From: a virus
Lineage: Duplodnaviria; Heunggongvirae; Uroviricota; Caudoviricetes
Length of the DNA stretch: 64,000 nucleotides
Strand: one strand, 5' to 3'
Virus record (IMG/VR): IMGVR_UViG_3300024333_000003
A program made the translations under genes and the position numbers. This document shows, one piece after another, positions 47,066 to 56,692 of this stretch (positions are counted from its first letter, which is position 1; the number at the start of each line of letters is the position of its first letter). Under the pieces are notes generated by a model. It worked only from the letters and a program-made list of their open reading frames with translations. It had not been told where the DNA came from and did not search any database.

Positions 47066-47222
47066 TTTGTGAGTATATGTATTTTTGTCTATTTTTTAAT
47101 CGCCATGTGATTTTAAATTTATAACCACATCCTTCGCAAGTTGCTTCATCCGTTGCTACTGATTCAGTAGTACAGATAAGTTCCAACCTAAACTTCTTTT
47201 GATTGCATTTGGGACACCACAT
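47040..47222 (-). CDS. zinc-ribbon small protein
   Basis: CPKCN...CEGCG. Confidence 0.35.
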   Translation of the reverse strand: MWCPKCNQKKFRLELICTTESVATDEATCEGCGYKFKITWRLKNRQKYIYSQIENYEKGG

Positions 47223-47412
47223 CGTCTTTTGCTTCTATTAACGATTCCAATATTTCGTTGCAAAGCTCGTTGTATAACTCAAAAAAATCTTTTGTGGTTA
47301 CTACTCCGCCAGGCACGGTAAGCTGGATTAATTGCGCCGCTAACTCTGCAATTTGCATCTTCATATCAACTTCTTGATGTACAAGAGCTAGTTTTATATC
47401 ATTTAATTTCAT
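47188..47412 (-). CDS. hypothetical small protein
   Basis: Leaderless promoter immediately upstream. Confidence 0.35.
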   Translation of the reverse strand: MKLNDIKLALVHQEVDMKMQIAELAAQLIQLTVPGGVVTTKDFFELYNELCNEILESLIEAKDDVVSQMQSKEV

Positions 47413-47446
47413 GGTATAATATACGAAATTATTTAAACAAAGTCAA
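47413..47446 (-). promoter_or_regulatory. sigma-70-like promoter TTGACT-17-TATATT with the ATG 5 nt downstream (leaderless)
   Basis: Minus strand reads TTGACTttgtttaaataatttcgTATATTataccATG. Confidence 0.5.
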
Positions 47447-47451
47447 ATAGT

Positions 47452-47460
47452 GGTATAAGA
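47452..47460 (+). promoter_or_regulatory. GGTATAAGA promoter element. An additional TGGTATAAT extended -10 lies at 47412-47420.
   Basis: gTGGTATAAGAg upstream of gene 47563. Confidence 0.45.
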
Positions 47461-47562
47461 GAATATGAGCAATTTACCCGGATTGTTCACAATAAATCAA
47501 TAACAATCGGCCTACCTGGGCCATTGCAACGGGTATGCATAAACAGGTAAAGGAGTAATAAT

Positions 47563-48168
47563 ATGTTACACGCTTTATTAAATAGTGGCATTATGCTTGC
47601 CCTAAAAGCGATCACAATCGCAGCTGCGCCATTATCCTGGATTAAAGATGGCGGCATTCACAAACTTGGTGCTTTTGTAAATTACAGTGCTAAATGGAGC
47701 AAGCCGCAATATCCAAAAGGTAATCCCGATGATGTCCTCAAGGTCATGTGCGATACACTGCCCGACAAAATCGTGCGGTTACACGTGCAACACGAAGGGA
47801 TGCTTCGATTGCTCGATGAGGGAGTAATAAGTAAACGCTGGCATGGGGGATATGATGAGTCAGACGCAGTGGTGTTAGCAAAAGTCACTAAGATATATGC
47901 TGACGATCATATAATTCATTTTGAAGCTGTTGCCGAAGGTGACGTTGAGAATTGCATTATCACTGACTCCGACGACAAGCCATATAACTTGCTCCTTACT
48001 TTCAACGAAATCGATGCTATCGAAATTCTTGACCCCTCAAAGGTCCTGCAGATCGAAAATGATGAGGATGAGAGTGAGGATGAGGACGAGAATAAATCAA
48101 TCGCCGATCAGGTAAAAGCTCTTTCAAGTAAAGAGCCAGCCGCATCAAAGGAAAATAAAGAGTCATAA
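47563..48168 (+). CDS. protein with an extremely acidic C-terminal tail (ENDEDESEDEDEN)
   Basis: RBS aaaggag. Confidence 0.4.
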   Translation: MLHALLNSGIMLALKAITIAAAPLSWIKDGGIHKLGAFVNYSAKWSKPQYPKGNPDDVLKVMCDTLPDKIVRLHVQHEGMLRLLDEGVISKRWHGGYDESDAVVLAKVTKIYADDHIIHFEAVAEGDVENCIITDSDDKPYNLLLTFNEIDAIEILDPSKVLQIENDEDESEDEDENKSIADQVKALSSKEPAASKENKES

Positions 48169-48197
48169 ACCAGAGAACACTGGCTGATATAAATGAG

Positions 48198-48228
48198 AAA
48201 AGCCTGATTAATCTCAGGCTTTTTCTTT
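48198..48228. terminator. rho-independent terminator (bidirectional)
   Basis: agcctga-ttaatc-tcaggct followed by TTTTCTTT. Confidence 0.75.
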
Positions 48229-49374
48229 ACGTTCTATAAGTGCAGTGCTACCTACAACGGTAGATGTAGCTATTGCTTTAATGCCTGCTGTAACTTTAGT
48301 ATCGCGACCAGTTACTTTTTTGTACAAATTGTGGGCAGTATTTGGACGATAATTGACTGTTAGTATCGCGGGATCTAAATTACCGCTTTGATCATTTATT
48401 TCTACTATCCGTGTTTTGCCTTTCACATCTTTAATGACATCAGCACCAAGCAAGAAACTGCGTTCTTTGAATACTTTTGGATTAGCTTTTACTATCCTTT
48501 GTAATGATCCCATAGTTGATGATATAAATTTTTTATCTGCATGAGATTTATTTATTGGTATTACCCCACCAGCCCAATCTGCGTTACGTCCGGTAATATT
48601 AACCGGACTAACTTTATTCTTATGTACAGAAAACTCAACTCTAAATTCGTGTCTTGGTTTACCTTTATCCATACCACTACTAATTCTTTCGTAATCGACC
48701 TCAGGCTGTATAACATATTTAGACTGATTCTTAAATAAGTGTCCGACTGCTTTACGATATTGTTTTGGGACTTCGCCTGTTAATTTATAATGCTCTTGAA
48801 TCTCACTAATAACTGATGACGGAAAATGTCCTTCTTGTCTGGATGCATAATCAACAGTAGGTTTAATATAATGCTTATTACGAATCTTACTGAATGCTTC
48901 CAAAAATTTTGCCTTTGATTTAGGCGAACCAACTGCTTCACTAAATGCACGACCTGGCACGATACTGTGTGTTGGATCTTTAAGTCTTGAAAACTCTATT
49001 TTGTTTTGTAATTTCTCACGAATAATATGTGATGCCGTATTAAGACCAATATCGGCTTTAGGTAAATTTGGTGTTTTGCCTAATACATCAATGTCTGCGT
49101 ACAACGCACCTTCAACTTTTTTTACATTCTTGAGCTTATCAACAGATGTAACATCAATGTCGCCGTAGAATATATTCTTTAATGTTCTACTTAGTGGATT
49201 TTTACCGCTCATTATTTTTCGCGTGCCTGCGTCACTAACCCAGGTAAGTTTACCCTTTGATGCTCGTTGTAATGCTGTAGGATTCCATGCTTTACGTGCT
49301 ACAGCATAAGTTGCAGCGCCTACGGCTGCGGCTAATCCGGGAATAATATATTTATTCTTTTCGTTTTTTGGCAT
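48214..49374 (-). CDS. hypothetical tail-module protein with N-terminal Gly-zipper
   Basis: IIPGLAAAVGAATYAV. Confidence 0.3.
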   Translation of the reverse strand: MPKNEKNKYIIPGLAAAVGAATYAVARKAWNPTALQRASKGKLTWVSDAGTRKIMSGKNPLSRTLKNIFYGDIDVTSVDKLKNVKKVEGALYADIDVLGKTPNLPKADIGLNTASHIIREKLQNKIEFSRLKDPTHSIVPGRAFSEAVGSPKSKAKFLEAFSKIRNKHYIKPTVDYASRQEGHFPSSVISEIQEHYKLTGEVPKQYRKAVGHLFKNQSKYVIQPEVDYERISSGMDKGKPRHEFRVEFSVHKNKVSPVNITGRNADWAGGVIPINKSHADKKFISSTMGSLQRIVKANPKVFKERSFLLGADVIKDVKGKTRIVEINDQSGNLDPAILTVNYRPNTAHNLYKKVTGRDTKVTAGIKAIATSTVVGSTALIERKEKA

Positions 49375-50107
49375 GATCTAATGCAAACCCTAATGCACCT
49401 AATGCTACAGCAGGAGCTACGACATACTTTAATAATGATTTATTTGATGCTGGTAGATGTGTTTCTACTTTCTTTAGTTCTGCTACTAATGTAAATTTTT
49501 TTGGATTGGTGAAATCTTTTGGCATAGCAATTGATTTATTGACTTTGAATAATCGCTGTGGTAAATGTTTGGCTGGAGCATTACTGCAAAAATCTCCTTC
49601 ACACTTTATATTTTTTAATCCAAATGAGTTCGCTAGATACGCTTTTATAGCAGCGGGAGAGCTGTATGAAGACTTAGTATAACGTTTATTTACACCCTTT
49701 AAGAAATTTTTGCGCTCAGTATCAGTAATGTGAGGACGCCATGCTTCATGTGCTTCTTCAGTGAGTGCTTGTCGTAAATCTTTTTTGGTTGTATCTCCGC
49801 CCGGCTGTTGATGACGTAATAAAAATTCGGAATATTGCCCCTTGCCAGTATATACACCAATATGATAAACAGGTTTATTGCGATTTAGAAATGTATCAAA
49901 ACCTTTTTCCCATGGACCCTTGTCGTACGCCCCAGTTAGTAACACGTCGCCAGGTTTCAACTTGGATATAAATTTTTCTTTTTCCAGTGCTGAAATATGT
50001 ACTGGCTTACTGACCTTCGGCAGACTAGAACGTCCATATGTATAAGCTATCCCACCACCGGTGCCTAATGCTACACCAGTTAGTGTGTTATTATTTTCCT
50101 TTGCCAA
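49352..50107 (-). CDS. hypothetical tail-module protein with N-terminal Gly-zipper
   Basis: LTGVALGTGGGIAYTYG. Confidence 0.3.
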   Translation of the reverse strand: MAKENNNTLTGVALGTGGGIAYTYGRSSLPKVSKPVHISALEKEKFISKLKPGDVLLTGAYDKGPWEKGFDTFLNRNKPVYHIGVYTGKGQYSEFLLRHQQPGGDTTKKDLRQALTEEAHEAWRPHITDTERKNFLKGVNKRYTKSSYSSPAAIKAYLANSFGLKNIKCEGDFCSNAPAKHLPQRLFKVNKSIAMPKDFTNPKKFTLVAELKKVETHLPASNKSLLKYVVAPAVALGALGFALDHAKKRKE

Positions 50108-50339
50108 ATAAAACCTTCATTGTTTGTTTACCACGCTTGGTTGTTGCAATAAATGCACCCGTTGCACCTCCCATGATTGCACCACCTAATACTCCGGCAA
50201 TTGGGGTGTCATTGAATGTGTTTGCTCCCAAAATTCCACCAGTTAATGCACCAATCGCACCCCCAGCTAAATTGGGATTTTTTGCTAAGTGTTTCGCAAC
50301 TGGTGTAAATAATTCACCTATACTAGATTGTTTTACCAC
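50091..50339 (-). CDS. small Gly-zipper membrane protein
   Basis: GGAIGALTGGILGAN...GGAIMGGATGAFIA. Confidence 0.35.
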   Translation of the reverse strand: MVKQSSIGELFTPVAKHLAKNPNLAGGAIGALTGGILGANTFNDTPIAGVLGGAIMGGATGAFIATTKRGKQTMKVLFGKGK

Positions 50340-50342
50340 AAC

Positions 50343-50750
50343 TTATCCTTTCACTACTCTAAACCCTTCTACGCCGGGAATAGCTGAATCTACTGGTTTC
50401 TGTTGTTTCTTTAAATTAAGTAAGCGTTTATCGTGTGCCTGTGCATTTTGCGCATGCTGAATTCGATTCATACGCAATTCTTTTTCAGACAAAGCTATAT
50501 TAGCCATGGAAGGCACGGTTTCACGTACTTTATTAACTAAGGGTGTTATTGCTTTATTAAATTTAGCACCAAATGCCACGCCTGCTCCAGTACCAAATGC
50601 GGTGCCCACAATAGTACCACGTGCATTACCATCATCGATAACATTGCCTCCAACGGCCCCCACTGCACCGCCAGCAATTCCCGTAGTTGTGCGAGGAAAT
50701 TGTCTTACTTTGTTAATTGCTTTTGCAAATAAGTTAGCTATTTCGTTCAT
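50343..50750 (-). CDS. Gly-zipper protein
   Basis: GIAGGAVGAVGG...GTAFGTGAGVAFGA. Confidence 0.35.
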   Translation of the reverse strand: MNEIANLFAKAINKVRQFPRTTTGIAGGAVGAVGGNVIDDGNARGTIVGTAFGTGAGVAFGAKFNKAITPLVNKVRETVPSMANIALSEKELRMNRIQHAQNAQAHDKRLLNLKKQQKPVDSAIPGVEGFRVVKG

Positions 50751-52477
50751 TTTAATCCCTTTACTCCACGTAATATTTCAATTATATCTAACAAACCAAA
50801 CATTACTTTGCGCAATGCGCCTTCATCTACTAACTGTACACCAATTCTTGCTTTCATAATCATTTCTGCTAACGCTGCCACAGCATTTTCAAATAACGGG
50901 ATTGAGTCTATAAATACCGCAATTGTATCTTTGTTAACAAAATTTAGTGCTAACACTTTATCAACAGTAGGTACATCAGGTATAGCGCTTGCTTCTTTAA
51001 CATAATTTCGAGATACTCTTTGGATATCACTTAATTCTTTTGCAACAATACTGTCATACTCAAATGCTATCTTTTCAATGGACGAAACTGGTTCAGTAAA
51101 TTCGTATTCAAACTCTAAGGCTTCACCATCCCGTAACGATCCAAGTTTTTTTACATCATCCTCTAGTGCACCTTTCTGAATTAACGTCCAAATGCCATCA
51201 TGTAGGTTGACTGGTGTTGCACCATCTATTGATAATTCAGTAGCTGTTTTAATAACACGATGTTTTATATTTTTTACTTTCTTTTCTGTGCATTGTTCAC
51301 AACCTAACTTAACAAATGCATTTTCTGGCACCCATGTCCACCCATCAACATTTGCAGTCTTTTCAATACCACTATACACCGCAAACTTGGCTCCATTATT
51401 TGCATACACATACTGTATATCACGCATAGCAAGTAATCGATCTACGGTTAATACATCGCTATATGTACCATCTCCGTATTTAAACATACCGGATTTATGT
51501 AATTCAGGCGGCTGTCCAGGAGGTTCCATTGATATTTTTACCGGTGCATCTACATACATGTGATTAGGTATACGAACATAGTCACCATTTTCAAGTAACA
51601 CAATTGACGTGTCACTATTTTTAATTGGTAGTATTACTACAGGCTTAGATTGCTGTTTAGCTTCTAATGTTTTGGCTTTCGCACATTTAATAAGCTGTCC
51701 TTTAAATGCGGCAACATCTGCTTCGGTCATGTTATCAAATGTAATTGCAGTATCGGCAACCTTACTATTCCCGAATGTACCATGATATGAAAACTCACCA
51801 TTTTTATAAATGTACCAAATATCACGGTCGAGTAAATCATTTACACGTGCTGCAGTTTTCTCGAGAACCACATCTTCGTGCGATTCACTGGCAATCTTAA
51901 CTACACACGACGCTGTGCCGTTCATACGATAACCTTCAGTTACTTGCTCGTTTTCAATTTCTGTCAAAATCTTTTCACGTTCGGCCTTTGTTGTTAAAGG
52001 CAATACTTTATCTAATAATGATTCGTCTGCACCAGCAGTTTTGTAGGTTTCGATTGGTGCCTCTCTCATATATCCCAATCCGCCTGAACTAAATAACAAT
52101 GTAGTGATATCACCTGTTTCTCGTTTCACCGTTTTCAGGAACGGAGTTTTACCTGCAATATATGTATTGATTGTATAATCAGTTAATGGTATAACTTGTC
52201 CATTAATTAAGCAAACGTCAAATGGATACAATTCACGATTTTTAATAACGATGGGCACTGCGACACCTCCACCATTTTCAACAATGATTGCACCAATTGC
52301 ATATCCTTTTTGTTCATCTTTTTGTTTGAATTCTACTCTGACCGGATAATTAATAAAATAAGGAAATGCCACATAGAACTGTTCCATTACATCTCTAGTC
52401 CATTCAGTAGGATTTTCACTTACTCGTAGGTATGCAGTCTTTTCAAATTCTAATGGTTTAATAAATAGATCTGTCAT
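50747..52477 (-). CDS. large tail/baseplate structural protein
   Basis: 576-aa ORF. Confidence 0.3.
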   Translation of the reverse strand: MTDLFIKPLEFEKTAYLRVSENPTEWTRDVMEQFYVAFPYFINYPVRVEFKQKDEQKGYAIGAIIVENGGGVAVPIVIKNRELYPFDVCLINGQVIPLTDYTINTYIAGKTPFLKTVKRETGDITTLLFSSGGLGYMREAPIETYKTAGADESLLDKVLPLTTKAEREKILTEIENEQVTEGYRMNGTASCVVKIASESHEDVVLEKTAARVNDLLDRDIWYIYKNGEFSYHGTFGNSKVADTAITFDNMTEADVAAFKGQLIKCAKAKTLEAKQQSKPVVILPIKNSDTSIVLLENGDYVRIPNHMYVDAPVKISMEPPGQPPELHKSGMFKYGDGTYSDVLTVDRLLAMRDIQYVYANNGAKFAVYSGIEKTANVDGWTWVPENAFVKLGCEQCTEKKVKNIKHRVIKTATELSIDGATPVNLHDGIWTLIQKGALEDDVKKLGSLRDGEALEFEYEFTEPVSSIEKIAFEYDSIVAKELSDIQRVSRNYVKEASAIPDVPTVDKVLALNFVNKDTIAVFIDSIPLFENAVAALAEMIMKARIGVQLVDEGALRKVMFGLLDIIEILRGVKGLK

Positions 52478-53214
52478 TTTGTTTTCTTTATATAAGGTAT
52501 AATTTTTAATTCGTTGAGCGCCTCTTTGGAACGATTAACAAAATAATTTACATAATTTAGTTTATCTTGTAATTGTGCTGGAGCCAATGCTGTCGTTCTT
52601 ATTGCGTTAGCTCCTTCAGATGCAGGCGCTTTTTCTGCGGTCATCTTTTGTATTAGATTAGACCCCTGTGATATATTACGTTTCAATAATTGTTTTGTTA
52701 ATGGTACATTGCCGTTTAAAATCAATTCGTTTGTTGTGGTAATTCGTTTATCCAATGCCTGTCGTAATGCTTTAGGACTAACGGCAGCCATTTTATTATA
52801 TGTGCTTTCAGCAATACGTGCCTTTTTACCAGCAGACCATTCTGGGTGTTCGCGTTTTAATGCACGATATATTTCTTTTACCTTTTCAGGACGATCCTGG
52901 CTGGTGAATGACGGCATGTCTTTTGCGGTCTTTTGAAATCCTAGTTCTTGCATTTTTTTACCTTCACGATATCTATCCCATTCATCTGCAAAATATTTAC
53001 GATTTACCGTATTGGCAATTAATGCAGATCCTGCGCCAATACCCGCACCTATTAATGCGTCTTTCCATCCTACATTGCGCCCACGTGCTAACTGATATAA
53101 TATAGCCATGGGTATACCGTAAGCTGCACCTAAACTAACTGCGGGCAGTAGTGGTGTTTGTGGATCACTTATTTTTTCGTTGAAGTATGTCTTTGGTAAT
53201 TCCATAGAGTGCAA
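52474..53214 (-). CDS. hypothetical protein with Gly-zipper
   Basis: LIGAGIGAGSALIAN. Confidence 0.3.
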   Translation of the reverse strand: MHSMELPKTYFNEKISDPQTPLLPAVSLGAAYGIPMAILYQLARGRNVGWKDALIGAGIGAGSALIANTVNRKYFADEWDRYREGKKMQELGFQKTAKDMPSFTSQDRPEKVKEIYRALKREHPEWSAGKKARIAESTYNKMAAVSPKALRQALDKRITTTNELILNGNVPLTKQLLKRNISQGSNLIQKMTAEKAPASEGANAIRTTALAPAQLQDKLNYVNYFVNRSKEALNELKIIPYIKKTK

Positions 53215-53482
53215 ATGATAGAGCTGAAGCAGGTGCTACTTTAAGCATTTTTACACCGGCTCCAGAAAAAAATCCTTTGGGGCCACCTATGTAATACATT
53301 TCTTTTATCTGCGCCGGAATAGTTTTTGACATAAGTTTATGTCCTAAAAATGTACCAGCGCGACGTGAATCTGCGATTGCATCAATAGGGGCGACAACTA
53401 AATTAGCCAAGGCACCTGCGGTACCACCAGCTATTAAGTCATCTGTTCTTTTCTTTTCAAATCCGAGTTTATTTAGATTCAT
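53165..53482 (-). CDS. small Gly-rich membrane protein, leaderless
   Basis: Promoter places the ATG 5 nt after the -10. Confidence 0.35.
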   Translation of the reverse strand: MNLNKLGFEKKRTDDLIAGGTAGALANLVVAPIDAIADSRRAGTFLGHKLMSKTIPAQIKEMYYIGGPKGFFSGAGVKMLKVAPASALSFALYGITKDILQRKNK

Positions 53483-53516
53483 ACGTAATATTACTCAAAT
53501 AATCTGAGTATGTCAA
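53483..53516 (-). promoter_or_regulatory. sigma-70-like promoter TTGACA-17-TAATAT with the ATG 5 nt downstream (leaderless)
   Basis: Minus strand reads ctaTTGACAtactcagattatttgagTAATATtacgtATG. Confidence 0.55.
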
Positions 53517-53521
53517 TAGTA

Positions 53522-53773
53522 TTAACTGATTGTTCCTTTTATTGTAATAGGTGCCGCATTTTGTTGTGCTGACGGACTACCTGCTACCATGATTTCACCA
53601 ATATTAGCTGTTACTGACACGACGGTGTTGGCTGTTAAGTAATCAATAATAGCTTTTGCAATGGCTTCAAACATTTCATCATTAGTATAATTATCACGTA
53701 ATTTTATTTTTTGTTTTTTCTTGTCGACCTCAGCTTTTATCTTAACCACAAGATCGCTCGCACTTAATGACAT
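53522..53773 (-). CDS. hypothetical small protein
   Basis: ORF. Confidence 0.3.
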   Translation of the reverse strand: MSLSASDLVVKIKAEVDKKKQKIKLRDNYTNDEMFEAIAKAIIDYLTANTVVSVTANIGEIMVAGSPSAQQNAAPITIKGTIS

Positions 53774-55044
53774 TATTCTGCCCTCGTTGTATTTGTAAAT
53801 TGATTTGAACTGCTGTCTGAGCCTGGTGAATATATACTCATATCTAATGGAAAAGGTGTACTTGTAGGTGATGCCGGGCCTTGTGCTTGATGTTGATGCT
53901 TAGCGTACTCGTCCTTGACCCAACTTTCTGTCACTAATCGCTGTTCATTACCGGATCCACCAATCTTAATTGTACCGTCCGCTTTAATCGTAACATCACC
54001 GCTAGCGGTAACAGTAATTACACATTTACCATTATCTAATATAATACCACCATCACTGGCAATATCTAATTTAACTTTATCATCGGCTAGACGTAGTATT
54101 AATGCACTTGAACCCGTGCCCATTGCTAATGAATATTTCTTACTTGCACCTTCGCCACTACCAATAATACTAAATTGATTGTCCACTGATGAATCCAGTA
54201 TTAGATCAACTTTAGCTTTAGCATCGTTGAAGGTCAGTGTGCTTATCAATGACTTCTCATCAAACTTCCACTGAACATTATTTTTTGTGTCAGTGTTTTT
54301 TACAGAATATAATAATGCACCATCGGTTGTCCATGTAATATCTGATGTAATTTTTAAATCTGTCTCAGCAAACGACAAAGCAATAATATTTTTGTCGCCT
54401 ATTGTACCAGTTAATGAATATATGGAAGATCCAGTTGAATCATAATTTTCTTTTATCCAAAAGTTAACAGTGCCTTTAGCTTCATCTGATTTACCAATAT
54501 CGATTATAAAATTATCTGGCTTAGTATCTGTTTTGTGTGTAGGTAATGCGGTAAGATCTTGATCCTTGGCATAATAGAATCGGTATATACCAGGTCTGAT
54601 ACTATTACTGCCTGTCCAATATTTAAAGGTTACATTTTTGAATTGTCCAAATAACGATTCAGCTCGTGGCTCTAATACTAATTGTGAATATTCAGATGTA
54701 TATAAACTTAATGATCCGTCACCGAATGCTTTAACATGTGTATTATCTGCACTAGCTAATACAAATCCACCAGGTTCAGATCTAGTAATTTCTCGCGCAA
54801 AACTACCTGGAACAAACCCCAGGATAAAAACCATATATGCAGAATCTTTAAAACATACAGCATATAAATTATCGCATTTACTAGCACCAGCACGAAATCC
54901 AGCACCTCGTCCTGTTGGCATCATAGACAGTACTGTTGCTACTTCAGCTAATGACGCTTCGCTCCTTTCAACTGCATTCATACGCTTGACCTTGAATCGA
55001 TAATCGTCCAGCTGTTCTAATACCTTAGCATAAAAAGTTTCCAT
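53773..55044 (-). CDS. tail/baseplate structural protein
   Basis: 423 aa, beta-rich. First gene of the operon. Confidence 0.3.
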   Translation of the reverse strand: METFYAKVLEQLDDYRFKVKRMNAVERSEASLAEVATVLSMMPTGRGAGFRAGASKCDNLYAVCFKDSAYMVFILGFVPGSFAREITRSEPGGFVLASADNTHVKAFGDGSLSLYTSEYSQLVLEPRAESLFGQFKNVTFKYWTGSNSIRPGIYRFYYAKDQDLTALPTHKTDTKPDNFIIDIGKSDEAKGTVNFWIKENYDSTGSSIYSLTGTIGDKNIIALSFAETDLKITSDITWTTDGALLYSVKNTDTKNNVQWKFDEKSLISTLTFNDAKAKVDLILDSSVDNQFSIIGSGEGASKKYSLAMGTGSSALILRLADDKVKLDIASDGGIILDNGKCVITVTASGDVTIKADGTIKIGGSGNEQRLVTESWVKDEYAKHQHQAQGPASPTSTPFPLDMSIYSPGSDSSSNQFTNTTRAE

Positions 55045-55078
55045 ACAAGAATATACGAAAGTATATTCAAAAATGCAA
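55045..55078 (-). promoter_or_regulatory. sigma-70-like promoter TTGCAT-17-TATATT with the ATG 5 nt downstream (leaderless)
   Basis: Minus strand reads TTGCATttttgaatatactttcgTATATTcttgtATG. Confidence 0.5.
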
Positions 55079-55087
55079 GGTATAAGA
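55079..55087 (+). promoter_or_regulatory. GGTATAAGA promoter element, abutting the divergent -35 box
   Basis: aGGTATAAGAat upstream of gene 55131. Confidence 0.45.
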
Positions 55088-55130
55088 ATATGATAACTAA
55101 TATACCCACTATACTTAGAAAGGATAAATC

Positions 55131-56246
55131 ATGATTCTTATCGGAATCGTTATTATTGCAATTGCTGAAGCAGTTTGTTTTGTGTTTTTTAAAGACAAAA
55201 TGTCTTGGCAGAAATATGTAATACTACTGAATATTGGGTTTATAATTTTATTCGGTAGTCAATTAATAGCTACATATGGAACAGCTTTAGAAACTGAATA
55301 TATCGGCGAATATGCGTTAGCATGTGATTACTATGAACCATGGAATGAATGGCATCATGATATGTGTTCACGCGACATTCCTTCGGGGACTGATTCAGAC
55401 GGTAATATTACATATACCACATATTACTATGATTGTTCACATGTGGATAGTCATGGACCTAGTTATAAAATAACTACAAATCTCGGTAAAAATTATGACG
55501 TAGATTTGGGTATGTATAACTACTTAACCAAGATATGGAAAAATAAACAATACATAGACCTAGGCCGAAATTATTATACACAGGATGGTGATAAATATAC
55601 TACACATTGGAATAACGATGATCATACTATTATTCCATATATTAGTACACAACTATACACTAATAAAACACGACATGCGCCAAGTGTATTTAAATTCTAT
55701 CAGCCTGATACAGCACATATAAAATTGTTTAATTATCCGAAAGTGATAAATAACACCTGTCCTTCGATATTGCAAGAAGGGAATATAATGGATTATACTC
55801 AAGCAGATCAGCTGCTGACAAATTACAATGGCTTAATCGGATCAGTAAAACAAGTACGTATGTGGTTATTAATATTCCACGACCGGCCAGATGGATACGC
55901 TGTTCATCAAGAAAGCTATTGGAAAGGTGGTAATAAGAACGAAGTAGTTGTATGTGTAAGTATTAACGATACGGCCAAAATACAGTGGGCTAAAGTCTTC
56001 TCATGGACTAAACGGAATGATATGAAAGAAGATATACAAGCTATGATATTAGCTCAAAGTAAATTCGATCCATTGACTACGGTGACTAATCTTAAAGATA
56101 TAGTGGCCCAAAAATTTGAGCGGCGGCAATTTAAGGAATTTGACTATTTGACTGTAGAAATAGAACCAATCATACAAATACTTATTCTTTCATTATTGTT
56201 AATGGTACTAATAATAACTATTATATTTTTCACAATAAGGAATTAA
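55131..56246 (+). CDS. membrane protein (N- and C-terminal TM helices)
   Basis: RBS aaaggat. Hydrophobic ends. Confidence 0.35.
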   Translation: MILIGIVIIAIAEAVCFVFFKDKMSWQKYVILLNIGFIILFGSQLIATYGTALETEYIGEYALACDYYEPWNEWHHDMCSRDIPSGTDSDGNITYTTYYYDCSHVDSHGPSYKITTNLGKNYDVDLGMYNYLTKIWKNKQYIDLGRNYYTQDGDKYTTHWNNDDHTIIPYISTQLYTNKTRHAPSVFKFYQPDTAHIKLFNYPKVINNTCPSILQEGNIMDYTQADQLLTNYNGLIGSVKQVRMWLLIFHDRPDGYAVHQESYWKGGNKNEVVVCVSINDTAKIQWAKVFSWTKRNDMKEDIQAMILAQSKFDPLTTVTNLKDIVAQKFERRQFKEFDYLTVEIEPIIQILILSLLLMVLIITIIFFTIRN

Positions 56247-56248
56247 TT

Positions 56249-56647
56249 ATGATTATCAAACTTTTCCATTCTGCGTTGCAGTCCGCGTCTACAATATCGG
56301 CGTATCGTGTTTTATGTCCATGCTGTGCTGAAGGTGTACTAGGTTGCATACGGAATGATAGTGCGAAATTAACTAATTATGATTTTTGTCAAGAATGCGG
56401 CCAACAGTACCAATACCTGGATACTGCGATAAACGAAGAAGTGTTAGTAAAACATACAAATATACCAATTGAAACGTGTGTTATATGTCATACCAAAAAT
56501 GCGCACACTGTCACAAATGTAGGCTACCTACCAAGTCTCAGTATTTACATAGACTTACAGCTATTACCTAAAAAATATATAAGCGACATCCCCCTAAGTC
56601 TTTGTGAAAAATGTGCACGTAGTTACGACCGCGAATTTCACTCATAA
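56249..56647 (+). CDS. Cys-rich zinc-finger protein
   Basis: CPCC...CQEC...CVIC...CEKC. Confidence 0.35.
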   Translation: MIIKLFHSALQSASTISAYRVLCPCCAEGVLGCIRNDSAKLTNYDFCQECGQQYQYLDTAINEEVLVKHTNIPIETCVICHTKNAHTVTNVGYLPSLSIYIDLQLLPKKYISDIPLSLCEKCARSYDREFHS

Positions 56648-56657
56648 TCGCCACCTA

Positions 56658-56692
56658 AATATTTGCCTGGACTGACCCTCCAGGCAAATATT
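56658..56692. repeat. perfect 13-bp inverted repeat (aatatttgcctgg-N9-ccaggcaaatatt), terminator-like without an adjacent U-tract
   Basis: Seen directly in the sequence. Confidence 0.5.

Noticed and set aside
53165-53482. Mitochondrial-carrier-like repeat in the small Gly-rich protein
   Set aside because: The similarity is only compositional (Gly/Ala/Pro), and the protein is far too short for a carrier fold.
56658-56692. 13-bp inverted repeat as a canonical intrinsic terminator
   Set aside because: The stem is perfect, but no U-tract follows on either strand. It is kept as a structural or operator-like element rather than a confident terminator.
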